Below are positions 44,731-53,597 of a DNA stretch of 64,000 bases, one piece after another; positions within the stretch are counted from its first letter, which is position 1, and the number at the start of each line of letters is the position of its first letter. The stretch is from an uncultured euryarchaeote. Lineage in GTDB: Archaea > Thermoplasmatota > Poseidoniia > Poseidoniales > Poseidoniaceae. The notes beneath the pieces were generated by a model. It saw only the letters and a program-made list of their open reading frames with translations, made no database searches and was not told the origin of the DNA. The stretch lies in assembly GCA_937892945.1 (NCBI GenBank), contig CALBIL010000096.1, positions 52,489 through 116,488 on the forward strand. The letters are read 5' to 3'. The position numbers and the translations under genes are program-made.

Positions 44731-45356
44731 ATTGGATGGATTTGACTCTTCGTGAGTTTCAAGATGCTTTGGCATCGTCCGACCCCACTCCTGGTGGCGG
44801 AACTGCTGCTGCTGTCGCATTGGGTCAAGCAACTGCTCTTACTCGAATGGTTGCTGAATTAACTTTAGGTAAAGACAAATGGCAAGAAGGTTGGAATTCT
44901 GCTGAAAAAGCATTAGCCATTGCCGAAAAGACATACGCCCGTTCTGGTGAACTCGCTCAACTTGACAGTGAGGCATTTGACGAAGTTATGGCGTCGTTCC
45001 GACTCCCCAAGTCAAGTGATGATGAAGTTCAGGTGCGCCGGAACAGCATACGACAGGCGACTCTTAAGGCATCAGAGATCCCTTACGAAACCGTCGTTCT
45101 TGGGATGGAGCTACTTGCATGCCAAGAAGCGTTAGCAGTTCATGGAAATGCAAATGCAGTATCGGATGTCGGCGTTGCAGCTCTTTTAGCCAGTGCTGCA
45201 GTCAAAGGTGCCCTGTTCAATGTAGAAATAAATCTCCAGTCATTACCAGTTGAGATGGGAACAGAAATGCGAACGCAAGTGCCCGGGATACGAATGGAAT
45301 GCAGTGAAGTTTCTCGAAAGATTATGCATGCGGTTCATGAGCGGATGAGTCAATGA
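44727..45356 (+). CDS. formimidoyltetrahydrofolate cyclodeaminase
   Basis: FQDALASSDPTPGGGTAAAVALGQATAL is the cyclodeaminase N-terminal motif. ATGA overlap with the transferase stop. Confidence 0.85.
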   Translation: MNWMDLTLREFQDALASSDPTPGGGTAAAVALGQATALTRMVAELTLGKDKWQEGWNSAEKALAIAEKTYARSGELAQLDSEAFDEVMASFRLPKSSDDEVQVRRNSIRQATLKASEIPYETVVLGMELLACQEALAVHGNANAVSDVGVAALLASAAVKGALFNVEINLQSLPVEMGTEMRTQVPGIRMECSEVSRKIMHAVHERMSQ

Positions 45357-47648
45357 TTAGCGTACTTGCGAGCCTGTGGAAATCTCACCGTCAATGGTGA
45401 TGAGTCGGACGTTTCCTTCACCATCATCCGCTGCAAGCATCATGCCTTCAGAAGTAACTCCACGCAATGCTCGAGGTTTGAGGTTTGCAACAAATACAAC
45501 GGACTTCCCGACCATCTCCTCTGCAGAGTAAAATTCCTTCAACCCAGCACATATTGTCCTTCCCTGCTCAGTTCCATCATCAATCGATACGACGAATAAA
45601 CGGTCAGCATTGGGGTGGTCTTCAACAGTAGTGATCTTGCCAACGCGCAAGTCGACTTCCATAAATGTTTCAAAGTTAAGATAGGTTATTCCTTCAGGTG
45701 CGTCTGTCATCTTTGTTTCCTCCATAGGTTTCTTGTTCTTTTTGCCACCTTTTACCGTGTGGCCAGTTTGATCTTCTGATTCTGAAGAGTCGACAAGTGA
45801 CTGTTCAGATGCGAGTATTTCTTCTAAATCAAGACGTTGGAATAAAGGTTCAGGCTTTGAAGCATTCCATGTCATTGGAGCATGCCAATCAATCGCAGAA
45901 TCCCAAGATACCTGAGATACGTCACCGGATTGTCCAAGAGAGGTCCACAATCGAGTAGAACTGAAAGGCAAAAATGGCTGCATTGTAATTGCTAAGAATC
46001 GCGATATCCGCCAACCGAAGGCAAGAGATGCCATGGCGCTCTTGCGTTCATCATCGTATTGAGGATTTGAACCATCATCCGATACTGAAAGATATTTCCA
46101 TGGTGTTGCTAATTGTAATAATTGATTGCCAACCTGGGCTGCATTCATTGCGTATCGCAATGCTTCTTTGTAACGGTGACGTGAAAGTGATTCTGTAATG
46201 GACGCATGGATCTCTTCAAGTTTCCCTTGGGTTGCTATCGTGTTCTCGATGTTGTCAAACTCTGCAAATGGGCCATTCTTGGCAGATGGTAATCGCGCAC
46301 CAAGCGTAAGGACACGGTGAACAAAATTACCGTATGCTGCAATTAATTCACTGTTTATTTTTTCAACGAAATCAGGCCAATTGAAATCAGTATCATGATT
46401 TTCTGGCATATTTATTCCAAGGTAATAGCGGAGGGTATCTGGGTCAAAACGTTCAAGGAATGATGGAAGCCATACAGCATGCTTACGGGATTTCGAGAAT
46501 TGACCTCCAGCAAGCATCAGATATTCCATAGCTGGTACATTCGTTTCCAAAGCAAAATCGCCAGGGCCAGGTAGTTGAACTGGGTCAACGATCGTTTTAC
46601 CATTTTTAGCATGGTTCAAACCCATAATGAGGGCCGGCCAAATGACCGTGTGGAAGGGTATGTTGTCTTTGCCAAGAAAATACAAATGTCGTGGTGTTGT
46701 TCCATCTTCACCGATGCACCACCATTTCATCCAAGCATCTTTGCCGAGCGTATGATGTTCTGGAACTGCGAATTCCTCTGCCCAAATACGGGCACATGTA
46801 GAATATCCCTGAACAGCTTCAAACCATACATAGACACATTTCCCGTCCCACTCATCGCCCTCCATTGGTAAGGGGATTCCCCATGAAAGGTCACGTGTAA
46901 CGGCACGAGGTCTCAACCCCATGTCCAGCCATTGTTTTGTCATGGCACGTACATTTGATTTCCAATTGCCCTGCTGGTTGGCAGCATGTTGCTCTAAAAC
47001 ACCTTGAAATGCATCAAGTCGGTAAAAGAGATGGTCGGTATCGCGGATTTCAATCGGAGAACCAGGATTCATCTTTGAGACTGGATTTTTCAATTCAGCT
47101 GCTTCATATGTTGCTCCACATGCATCGCATTGGTCGCCTCTTGCGCCATCTTGGAAACATGCAGGGCATGTCCCCTCAACATATCGATCGGGTAGGAAAC
47201 GTCCACCTCCATCTTGATGAATTTCATAATATTGTTCCATTGTTTTTGTTTCAAAGAATCCTGCGTTCATCAACTCGATGAAGTTCTCCTGAACCATTGC
47301 TTTATGTCGCGGGTCTGTTGTCCGATTAAACAAGGAACCACCGTATTCAATGCCTCGTGAATCGACATGCGGTTCCCAGGAACAACCAAGGTTGAGTAAT
47401 GCTTTCGAGTTAAGAGCGTGATACTCATCAACGACTTGTTGTGGGGTGATGCCATTTTGCTCAGCACTTACGGTGATTGGTGTCCCATGCTCATCTGAAC
47501 CAGATACCATCAGCACCTTGTTGCCTCGAGCACGTTCAAAACGCGCTTGGATGTCTGGTGGCAGGTAACACCCAGCCACATGGCCAAGATGGAGAGGGCC
47601 GTTGGCATATGGCCAAGCAACACAAATCAAGACATGTTCATCAGTCAT
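45357..47648 (-). CDS. metG: methionine--tRNA ligase with C-terminal Trbp111/EMAP-like tRNA-binding domain
   Basis: WPYANGPLHLGHVAG (HIGH), a CPACFQDGARGDQCDACG knuckle, QFSKSRKH (KMSKS variant), and a C-terminal DLRVGKI...HPNADRL OB-fold. Confidence 0.95.
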   Translation of the reverse strand: MTDEHVLICVAWPYANGPLHLGHVAGCYLPPDIQARFERARGNKVLMVSGSDEHGTPITVSAEQNGITPQQVVDEYHALNSKALLNLGCSWEPHVDSRGIEYGGSLFNRTTDPRHKAMVQENFIELMNAGFFETKTMEQYYEIHQDGGGRFLPDRYVEGTCPACFQDGARGDQCDACGATYEAAELKNPVSKMNPGSPIEIRDTDHLFYRLDAFQGVLEQHAANQQGNWKSNVRAMTKQWLDMGLRPRAVTRDLSWGIPLPMEGDEWDGKCVYVWFEAVQGYSTCARIWAEEFAVPEHHTLGKDAWMKWWCIGEDGTTPRHLYFLGKDNIPFHTVIWPALIMGLNHAKNGKTIVDPVQLPGPGDFALETNVPAMEYLMLAGGQFSKSRKHAVWLPSFLERFDPDTLRYYLGINMPENHDTDFNWPDFVEKINSELIAAYGNFVHRVLTLGARLPSAKNGPFAEFDNIENTIATQGKLEEIHASITESLSRHRYKEALRYAMNAAQVGNQLLQLATPWKYLSVSDDGSNPQYDDERKSAMASLAFGWRISRFLAITMQPFLPFSSTRLWTSLGQSGDVSQVSWDSAIDWHAPMTWNASKPEPLFQRLDLEEILASEQSLVDSSESEDQTGHTVKGGKKNKKPMEETKMTDAPEGITYLNFETFMEVDLRVGKITTVEDHPNADRLFVVSIDDGTEQGRTICAGLKEFYSAEEMVGKSVVFVANLKPRALRGVTSEGMMLAADDGEGNVRLITIDGEISTGSQVR

Positions 47649-47813
47649 TACGGCCCCTCAAATCAATGGAAATGCACCCACCTCTTGACTTTCACCCCTG
47701 TTCATTCAATATATGCCTCCGATTTGAACGATACAAAGGATACGAAGGGACATTTTCAATAACCCCTTGCTCTTCCTAAAGACAGGCCACCCGCTAGGAG
47801 TCTCAGAAGTCAC

Positions 47814-48848
47814 ATGGCAATGACCACCTTAATCCTGTATGCATCACTCGCTCTCGGAGTCTCCTTTCTCTGCTCTATTTTAGAAGCAGTAGTTCTTTCA
47901 ATACCTCACACGCACATCGCCGTATTGGAAAAAGAGGGGAAGAAAAGTGGTGCTGTATGGGCGAATCTCAAAGAAGATGATGCTGTTAAGCCACTAACTG
48001 CAATCCTAACACTCAATACAATAGCGCACACAATGGGAGCTGCTGGTGTCGGTTCAGAAGTTCAATCTATTTGGGGCGAAAGTGCTCTTACCGTTGCCTC
48101 TATTGTCCTCACAATTGCGGTATTATTCTTGTCAGAAATCATACCAAAAACGCTAGGGACTGCATACTGGAAGAAATTGGCACCTTTTACTGGGAAAGTT
48201 TTGAATGTTTTGATTCGACTTTTAGTGATTTTAATCGTCCCAATTCAAGCACTCAAAGCGGTGTTACCTAAAGGCGACCATGCATTGGTTACACGAGATG
48301 ATGTTGCAGCACTCGCCGACCTTGGTGGTGAAGAAGGGATCATCGAGGAAGATGAAGGAAAAGTCATTCAAAACTTGCTCAAACTTCGTGAGATTAAAGT
48401 GGTCGATATTATGACGCCTCGAGTTGTTATGACTGCATTTAGTTTGTCAAGTACCGTCAAAGAAGTACTCGATGAGCACAAAATCATTCGTGTGTCGCGT
48501 ATTCCGGTCTATGATAATACAATCGACGATGCGTCAGGTATCGTAATTCGTTCGGAAATACTCATGGCTGCCAGCCGAGATGAGTGGGAATCCCCTATGC
48601 GTGATTTCAAGAAATCAGTGATCGCCCTCCCATCAACTGCAAATGTAGATGAAGTACTCGAAATGTTCCTTGAAAAACGTCAGCAATTTGCATTGGTCCA
48701 AGACGAATTCGGTGGAACTTCTGGTGTTGTTACAATGGAAGACGTATTGGAAACACTCTTGGGCGAGGAAATTGTAGATGAGCTCGATGAAGTTGATGAC
48801 ATGCGAGAACTTGCGCGTGAACAAGCCGACTTAGGTGAGCAAGATTGA
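47814..48848 (+). CDS. CNNM/CorC-type transporter (DUF21 membrane domain plus CBS pair)
   Basis: N-terminal four-helix hydrophobic domain, then VVDIMTPR...IPVYD... and ALVQDEFGGTSGVVTMEDVLE CBS motifs. TAGGAG lies upstream of ATG 47814. Confidence 0.85.
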   Translation: MAMTTLILYASLALGVSFLCSILEAVVLSIPHTHIAVLEKEGKKSGAVWANLKEDDAVKPLTAILTLNTIAHTMGAAGVGSEVQSIWGESALTVASIVLTIAVLFLSEIIPKTLGTAYWKKLAPFTGKVLNVLIRLLVILIVPIQALKAVLPKGDHALVTRDDVAALADLGGEEGIIEEDEGKVIQNLLKLREIKVVDIMTPRVVMTAFSLSSTVKEVLDEHKIIRVSRIPVYDNTIDDASGIVIRSEILMAASRDEWESPMRDFKKSVIALPSTANVDEVLEMFLEKRQQFALVQDEFGGTSGVVTMEDVLETLLGEEIVDELDEVDDMRELAREQADLGEQD

Positions 48849-49847
48849 ATCAAATGTTTCGAGCCAACCTTGAATGTGAGACTCTCGTTCTACATTCGTC
48901 TTCGCTCCGGAGTGACCCATGCTTTCGATAAGGTGGTGCGTCAAGTGACCACTGCTCGACATTGCCTCAACCGTTGCATCATAATGTTCACGGCCTAAAC
49001 GCAAATCGGTCATGGCTTGAAGGCATAACGTTGGCACAGAAGGTACGCCCCAGAGCGGAATGTCAAATTGTTCAAGGCTTTGGGAAGTAATCGAAGGATG
49101 CATGGCTCGAACATCGCGGAATACTCTCCTCAAATGCGAAGTATGTAGGAGAGGTGGGATTTTCAACCTTTGACGGATTTCATCTAGGATTTTCGAATAC
49201 AACATGAGTGGAGATTCGAGGATTAATCCACTCAGTGGCCGTCCATATGGGGTATTATCAGGGTCGCATGCAAGACGAGTACAGATGTAGCCGCCCATGC
49301 TGTGCCCGTAATAGAATACCTGAGACACATGTGCCGGCTCAATGATCTCATCCAGCCGCTTGACATGGTATTGCATGTGTTTTGCAGCAGTCAGAGCATT
49401 CCATCGAGGGATGCCTGAGGACTTCCCATGCCCTGGTAACTCGCAGATAACTACGTGCCAGCCTTTAGCTACAAACCACTCTGCGCGCCCCTGTACTGAA
49501 GCTGAACTGCTTCTCCATCCGTGAATGAATACAATGAGAGGTGCGGCATGTTCTTGTTGGTACGATTGAATGTGTGTTGATAACGATTCAAATGTACTAA
49601 AATGCGACTTCCATTCTTTAGAATCAATTGATTTCTTTGGTTTCCCAGGTGCAATGAATATTGCGATTGTCATGAATTCGATATACACATTGTACATACA
49701 ACATATGGCAAGGGTAATCAAAATAGTTGTTGGTAAAAGCAATTGTTCGATGATGCAAAGAATCACTATAGCCAATAAGATTGACCATGTGAACGTACGC
49801 TTCCACTTAGGAGAAGGCGAAAACATAGAATCACCAAGTTGAATCAC
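48831..49847 (-). CDS. membrane-anchored alpha/beta hydrolase
   Basis: Two N-terminal hydrophobic spans, then IVFIHGW, GHGKS and the nucleophile elbow GHSMGG, a late Asp, and MGHSG His. The track start is GTG 49847 (GTGA overlap with the upstream stop). ATG 49826 is the alternative. Confidence 0.75.
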   Translation of the reverse strand: MIQLGDSMFSPSPKWKRTFTWSILLAIVILCIIEQLLLPTTILITLAICCMYNVYIEFMTIAIFIAPGKPKKSIDSKEWKSHFSTFESLSTHIQSYQQEHAAPLIVFIHGWRSSSASVQGRAEWFVAKGWHVVICELPGHGKSSGIPRWNALTAAKHMQYHVKRLDEIIEPAHVSQVFYYGHSMGGYICTRLACDPDNTPYGRPLSGLILESPLMLYSKILDEIRQRLKIPPLLHTSHLRRVFRDVRAMHPSITSQSLEQFDIPLWGVPSVPTLCLQAMTDLRLGREHYDATVEAMSSSGHLTHHLIESMGHSGAKTNVERESHIQGWLETFDSILLT

Positions 49848-50761
49848 TTAGCTTTCTTTTTGTCTTTCTTGTCATCTGGAAGTGGACTTTCATCGTTTGA
49901 CACGTCGCTTTTTGCTTCAGCTGCATCCACTTTAGCCTTCTCTGCCATAGCAGTTTCCTTTGCAGCCTTCTTTGCAGACTTTTGCTCTTGGCGTTGTGTG
50001 AAACGGTCGCCGTATGAAGCCATGCTCTCGAGTTTACCAATAAATCCAGTAGAGACTTCTCCTTCTGCAGGTATATGCTTGACGAGGAATGCGCCAAATA
50101 ATGAGTCGTAAAGACCTTGATTGGATTCACTTCCGCGCTTCATCGAAGAATTAATGAAATAGAGGACAATGAATAGAATTCCAAGGATTGACCAAACCGA
50201 GGCCCAGATTTGTTCACTTCCTTTCGTTGAAAACATTGAACCTGCGTTGATCATCAAGAAGATGATTCCCAGGAGTGCAAGAATTCCAGTCGAATTCGCA
50301 AAGAGTGCGTGCAAAAAGTTAGGCTTATTTCCAGCAGATGTAATGTTCTTTGTACGGGAGATGAAATTGCCGAGTGTTCGACCTGACATAATTGGTACGA
50401 CAATGAGGTTCAGTGTCAAGGCGGCAAGGGCAACGATTGCGAATATCGTTGAAAAGGCATCGAGTATGGCAACGGAGAAAAGGAATCCGAAAATAGGGCC
50501 GAGATTCACAACAAAGTTGGTAAACGAAGCAATTCGGCGAGCATTTGGTGATGCAATTTCGAAGTTTTCAGGTAGTCCTTCGGGGGCATTTCGAACTTTC
50601 TTAGCTTTGGCTGGCTTTGCTGCCGCTGCTTTACCGGCTGACTTTACCGGCTTTGTTTTTGCAACTGCTTTCGCGACAGGTACGGCCTTGGCCACAGCCT
50701 TTGCTACTGGCTTCTTTTCTGATTTTGAGCCAACATCACTTGCTTTATCGAGTAATCCCAT
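49844..50761 (-). CDS. RDD-like polytopic membrane protein with Ala/Lys-rich N- and C-terminal tails
   Basis: AKAVAKAVPVAKAVAKTKPVKSAGKAAAAKPAKAKK tail. Core ARRIASFTNFVVNL ... SGRTLGNFISRTK ... GLYDSLFGAFLVKH resembles the RDD pattern. The track start is TTG 50788. I prefer ATG 50761. Confidence 0.5.
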   Translation of the reverse strand: MGLLDKASDVGSKSEKKPVAKAVAKAVPVAKAVAKTKPVKSAGKAAAAKPAKAKKVRNAPEGLPENFEIASPNARRIASFTNFVVNLGPIFGFLFSVAILDAFSTIFAIVALAALTLNLIVVPIMSGRTLGNFISRTKNITSAGNKPNFLHALFANSTGILALLGIIFLMINAGSMFSTKGSEQIWASVWSILGILFIVLYFINSSMKRGSESNQGLYDSLFGAFLVKHIPAEGEVSTGFIGKLESMASYGDRFTQRQEQKSAKKAAKETAMAEKAKVDAAEAKSDVSNDESPLPDDKKDKKKAK

Positions 50762-50784
50762 TATTTCACTTCCATCTCTTAATT

Positions 50785-51783
50785 TCAACTATCATCGGAC
50801 TGATAGAGTGTTGCGACTGTACTGTAGACTTCGAAGTTAGAGGACTCAACGAAAGCGTTGATTGAGTCTTCACTCATGTTTCCGAGTTGCCCATCGACGA
50901 TTGCTACGAATTGTTTACGCAAGTCATCTCCAGCTGATGCTGCATCACTTGCTACCTCTTGATAAATCTCAAACTCCTCACTTTCTATGAAAGCAGAAAC
51001 GACTTCCTCGGAAAGGTCTGAGCCAAGTAAATCATCAACAATTCCTACAAACGAGGCAAAGAGTTCGTCTGTGTCGCCAGAAAGTTCTGAATGAACCGCC
51101 TCTTCAGCAACTGTTGGTTCAGATTCTTCCGCCATCATAGCCATGATTAACTTGCGTTCAGACATGAGTCCTTCGAGAACTGGACGGAGTTGTGAAAGAA
51201 GTTCTGCATCCCCTGATGATTTGGCAGCCTGATATTCAGGTTTGAGCGTTCGAAGTTCATGCTCCAAGGATGAAAGTTGAGACTGTAGGTCGTCAGAATC
51301 TTCATCTTGAATTAATTCCACTACGGGTGCGTCTCTGATTTCGGAAACCTTTGCATCATGCTCTTTTTTACGAAGTACGAGGATTTCACGGTCAAGTGAA
51401 TGGCCAAAGCGTTCTGAATAGCGATCGAGCAATGAACCAGTTTCACCTTTCGCTAGTCTGTCGATATGTCCGTAAATTTGTTGAAGGGGTTTATCGGAAC
51501 GCTTAGCCCACATACTTGCATACTCACTACCGGTTGTTTGTGCTGCAGGAACGGCTGCGTCAGGCATTGGAAGCGGAGTTGGGGCCGCAGGGAGAGGCAA
51601 AGCTGCTGCAGGAGCCGGAAGTGGAGTTGGAGCAGCAGGTAGTGGGAGGGGGGCTGCAGGGGCCGGGAGTGGCAAAGCAAGACCCGAGAGTGCAGGCAAA
51701 GGCATGCCAGGGAGAGGTGGGAGCGGTAAACCCGGTGCAGGGGGGTTTTGAGCATTCTTTTTCTTGCCTTTGCGTAGACCCAT
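50785..51783 (-). CDS. proline/alanine-repeat protein with coiled-coil centre and duplicated acidic C-terminal module; unknown function
   Basis: GAGGTGA sits 5 nt upstream of ATG 51783 (the track start 51837 is GTG). N-terminal MGLRKGKKKN is followed by about 68 aa of PLP/PAP repeats. Two roughly 40-aa C-terminal repeats are present. Confidence 0.6.
   Translation of the reverse strand: MGLRKGKKKNAQNPPAPGLPLPPLPGMPLPALSGLALPLPAPAAPLPLPAAPTPLPAPAAALPLPAAPTPLPMPDAAVPAAQTTGSEYASMWAKRSDKPLQQIYGHIDRLAKGETGSLLDRYSERFGHSLDREILVLRKKEHDAKVSEIRDAPVVELIQDEDSDDLQSQLSSLEHELRTLKPEYQAAKSSGDAELLSQLRPVLEGLMSERKLIMAMMAEESEPTVAEEAVHSELSGDTDELFASFVGIVDDLLGSDLSEEVVSAFIESEEFEIYQEVASDAASAGDDLRKQFVAIVDGQLGNMSEDSINAFVESSNFEVYSTVATLYQSDDS
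51544..51747. repeat. degenerate in-frame tandem repeats encoding the (A/L)PLPAAPTPLP-type proline tract
   Basis: PLPLPAAPTPLPAPAAALPLPAAPTPLP is visible in the translation. The matching DNA is GC-rich with recurring GGAGCNGCAGG units. Confidence 0.6.
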
Positions 51784-51876
51784 GTGGTTCACCTCTAAAC
51801 CGCTGGATGCGGGTGGAGTCTTGAACCTTACCTTCACCTTTGCACAAGATTATGGTAATTCAAAGGCTTCTGAGAT

Positions 51877-53079
51877 TTAGGAAACAACTTTGGCCCAACC
51901 TTTCAAAATGAGGAATGTTGCCCCCGCTTCATGGATTTCGAATCGGTCACCCGATTGCTTATCGAACACTTGATCTCCGAATTTACAGATGGAGTCATCC
52001 ACAATCATTTCAACTTCCATTTTATCCTGGGTATTGAGAACAACAGCCTCGTGTAATGCTGAATAAGGATTCGAACCATCAGGGTCAAGGCGGCTGAGCG
52101 GGAATTCACTGACACGCATTCCAGTTTTACCATGCAGTGACGTTGGCCAACGGATTTGCCTCCGAACGTCGATGGTTACAACTTCATCTGTTTCACCCGC
52201 TGAACCGAGGACGACCGAAGAATCTGTCTTCAATAAATCGAGAAACAATCCTTCATGCTTCTCCAATACTCCAAAACTTCCATTTCTGAGTCGCTCTGCA
52301 CGAGCATCATGATTCACAACATCGGCTAATTTCTGAATTGAAGTTTTACCTTTCGTGGATGTTCGCCCTTCACGCTGTGATTGACTAAGAAGGCCTTGAT
52401 GGAGTGTATTTACTTCCGCTGTGTACCCTTGTTCTTTTCGAGATATCGTACGTAGCTTCTCAATCATATCACCCATTCCATCGCGTATGCGTCGAGTCCA
52501 ACCTTCGGAAGTAAGATCGTGATAGCGAGCTAGGCCACCTTTGACATCAACCCCTTCGCCACGGATATAGGATACTATTTCACGTCTGGCTTCTGAATCA
52601 AGATGGAACAGAGAAGGGTCGCGATAGTGCAAATGGAATCCGCGATGCCCGGAAAAAGTGACTTGAAGGTATTTTTCATCAAATCCAAATTCCGGCTCAA
52701 GGAAATCATTCCAGAGAGACCATGCTTGTTCTTGTATGACTTCGAGCATCCCAGGGAAATCTTTGTCAGTGACTCCGGGGAGATGATCGCCATCCAAATC
52801 AAAAATGAGGTCGGCACCACGCCAGGTTTTGTCTGACATTTTGAGTTCAAACGGGCGGTCCCAATACGCCGTGGAATAAAAGCATGAATGCATCGAACGT
52901 TCGGTGATGAATTGCCGAACAGAATTCATGTCACCGAATCCTTTGTGACGTATTGGTGGGGCGCCACCAAAAGGAATGAACATCCATTCCCTTGTTTTTA
53001 ATCGAGGAGGAGTCCAAAACTCTGCACTTCTATAGTATGCTCCAAAGCGGTGTGCAAACCTTGCCCATCCTGTTGCCAT
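51877..53079 (-). CDS. priS: DNA primase small (catalytic) subunit PriS
   Basis: REWMFIPFGG...IRHKGF, the catalytic DLIFDLDGDH acidic motif and FSGHRGFHLH. I trimmed the GTG 53124 start to ATG 53079. Confidence 0.85.
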   Translation of the reverse strand: MATGWARFAHRFGAYYRSAEFWTPPRLKTREWMFIPFGGAPPIRHKGFGDMNSVRQFITERSMHSCFYSTAYWDRPFELKMSDKTWRGADLIFDLDGDHLPGVTDKDFPGMLEVIQEQAWSLWNDFLEPEFGFDEKYLQVTFSGHRGFHLHYRDPSLFHLDSEARREIVSYIRGEGVDVKGGLARYHDLTSEGWTRRIRDGMGDMIEKLRTISRKEQGYTAEVNTLHQGLLSQSQREGRTSTKGKTSIQKLADVVNHDARAERLRNGSFGVLEKHEGLFLDLLKTDSSVVLGSAGETDEVVTIDVRRQIRWPTSLHGKTGMRVSEFPLSRLDPDGSNPYSALHEAVVLNTQDKMEVEMIVDDSICKFGDQVFDKQSGDRFEIHEAGATFLILKGWAKVVS

Positions 53080-53131
53080 GGAATTCCCCAAAGAGAGGGA
53101 ATGGGTGAGGGTTATTGAATACACGCCGAGA

Positions 53132-53338
53132 TTATTCGGTCATCCAGAAGCGTTCCTCTGCTTCTCCGACGGTTGTTGAAGTGTCTGCACCAGTTGCTTC
53201 AACATAATGTTTCCAGCACATGTAGTACTTACCGACAACCATTGCATTTCCAAAAGTGAGGCGGATTCCACAGTTTTCACATCGGGGTCCGATTTCACCG
53301 TTTGGGGCTTGAGCGAGCGTAATGTGTTCGTGTGGCAT
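53132..53338 (-). CDS. small hypothetical protein with CxxC...CxxH element (68 aa)
   Basis: GAGGG sits 5 nt upstream of ATG 53338. CENCG ... MCWKH. It lies directly upstream of priS on the same strand. Confidence 0.4.
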   Translation of the reverse strand: MPHEHITLAQAPNGEIGPRCENCGIRLTFGNAMVVGKYYMCWKHYVEATGADTSTTVGEAEERFWMTE

Positions 53339-53597
53339 AGAATCCCTCTACTACAACGCAGAGGCATTAAGTCTTTGAACTTGAGGTTTCAAAAAACTCG
53401 CACCTCGGCTTCTTCCGATTCGAGAGTTAGGCACCGATGTAACAAATCAAGTGAAACTTCACACCATTCATCTCCCCCTGGATTTTCATCGAGAAGGAGG
53501 TTCGAACAATTGACTACTGTGACACTCGACGCAGCAGGCACAGTTGGGGATATTCGTATTGAATCACACCTGGTATTGATGTGCTGTTGAATATTGC

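Noticed and set aside
50169-50840. 223-aa plus-strand ORF opposite the RDD-like gene
   Set aside because: It is the antisense of an Ala/Lys-rich, hydrophobic gene. It has no start context and spans a gene junction.
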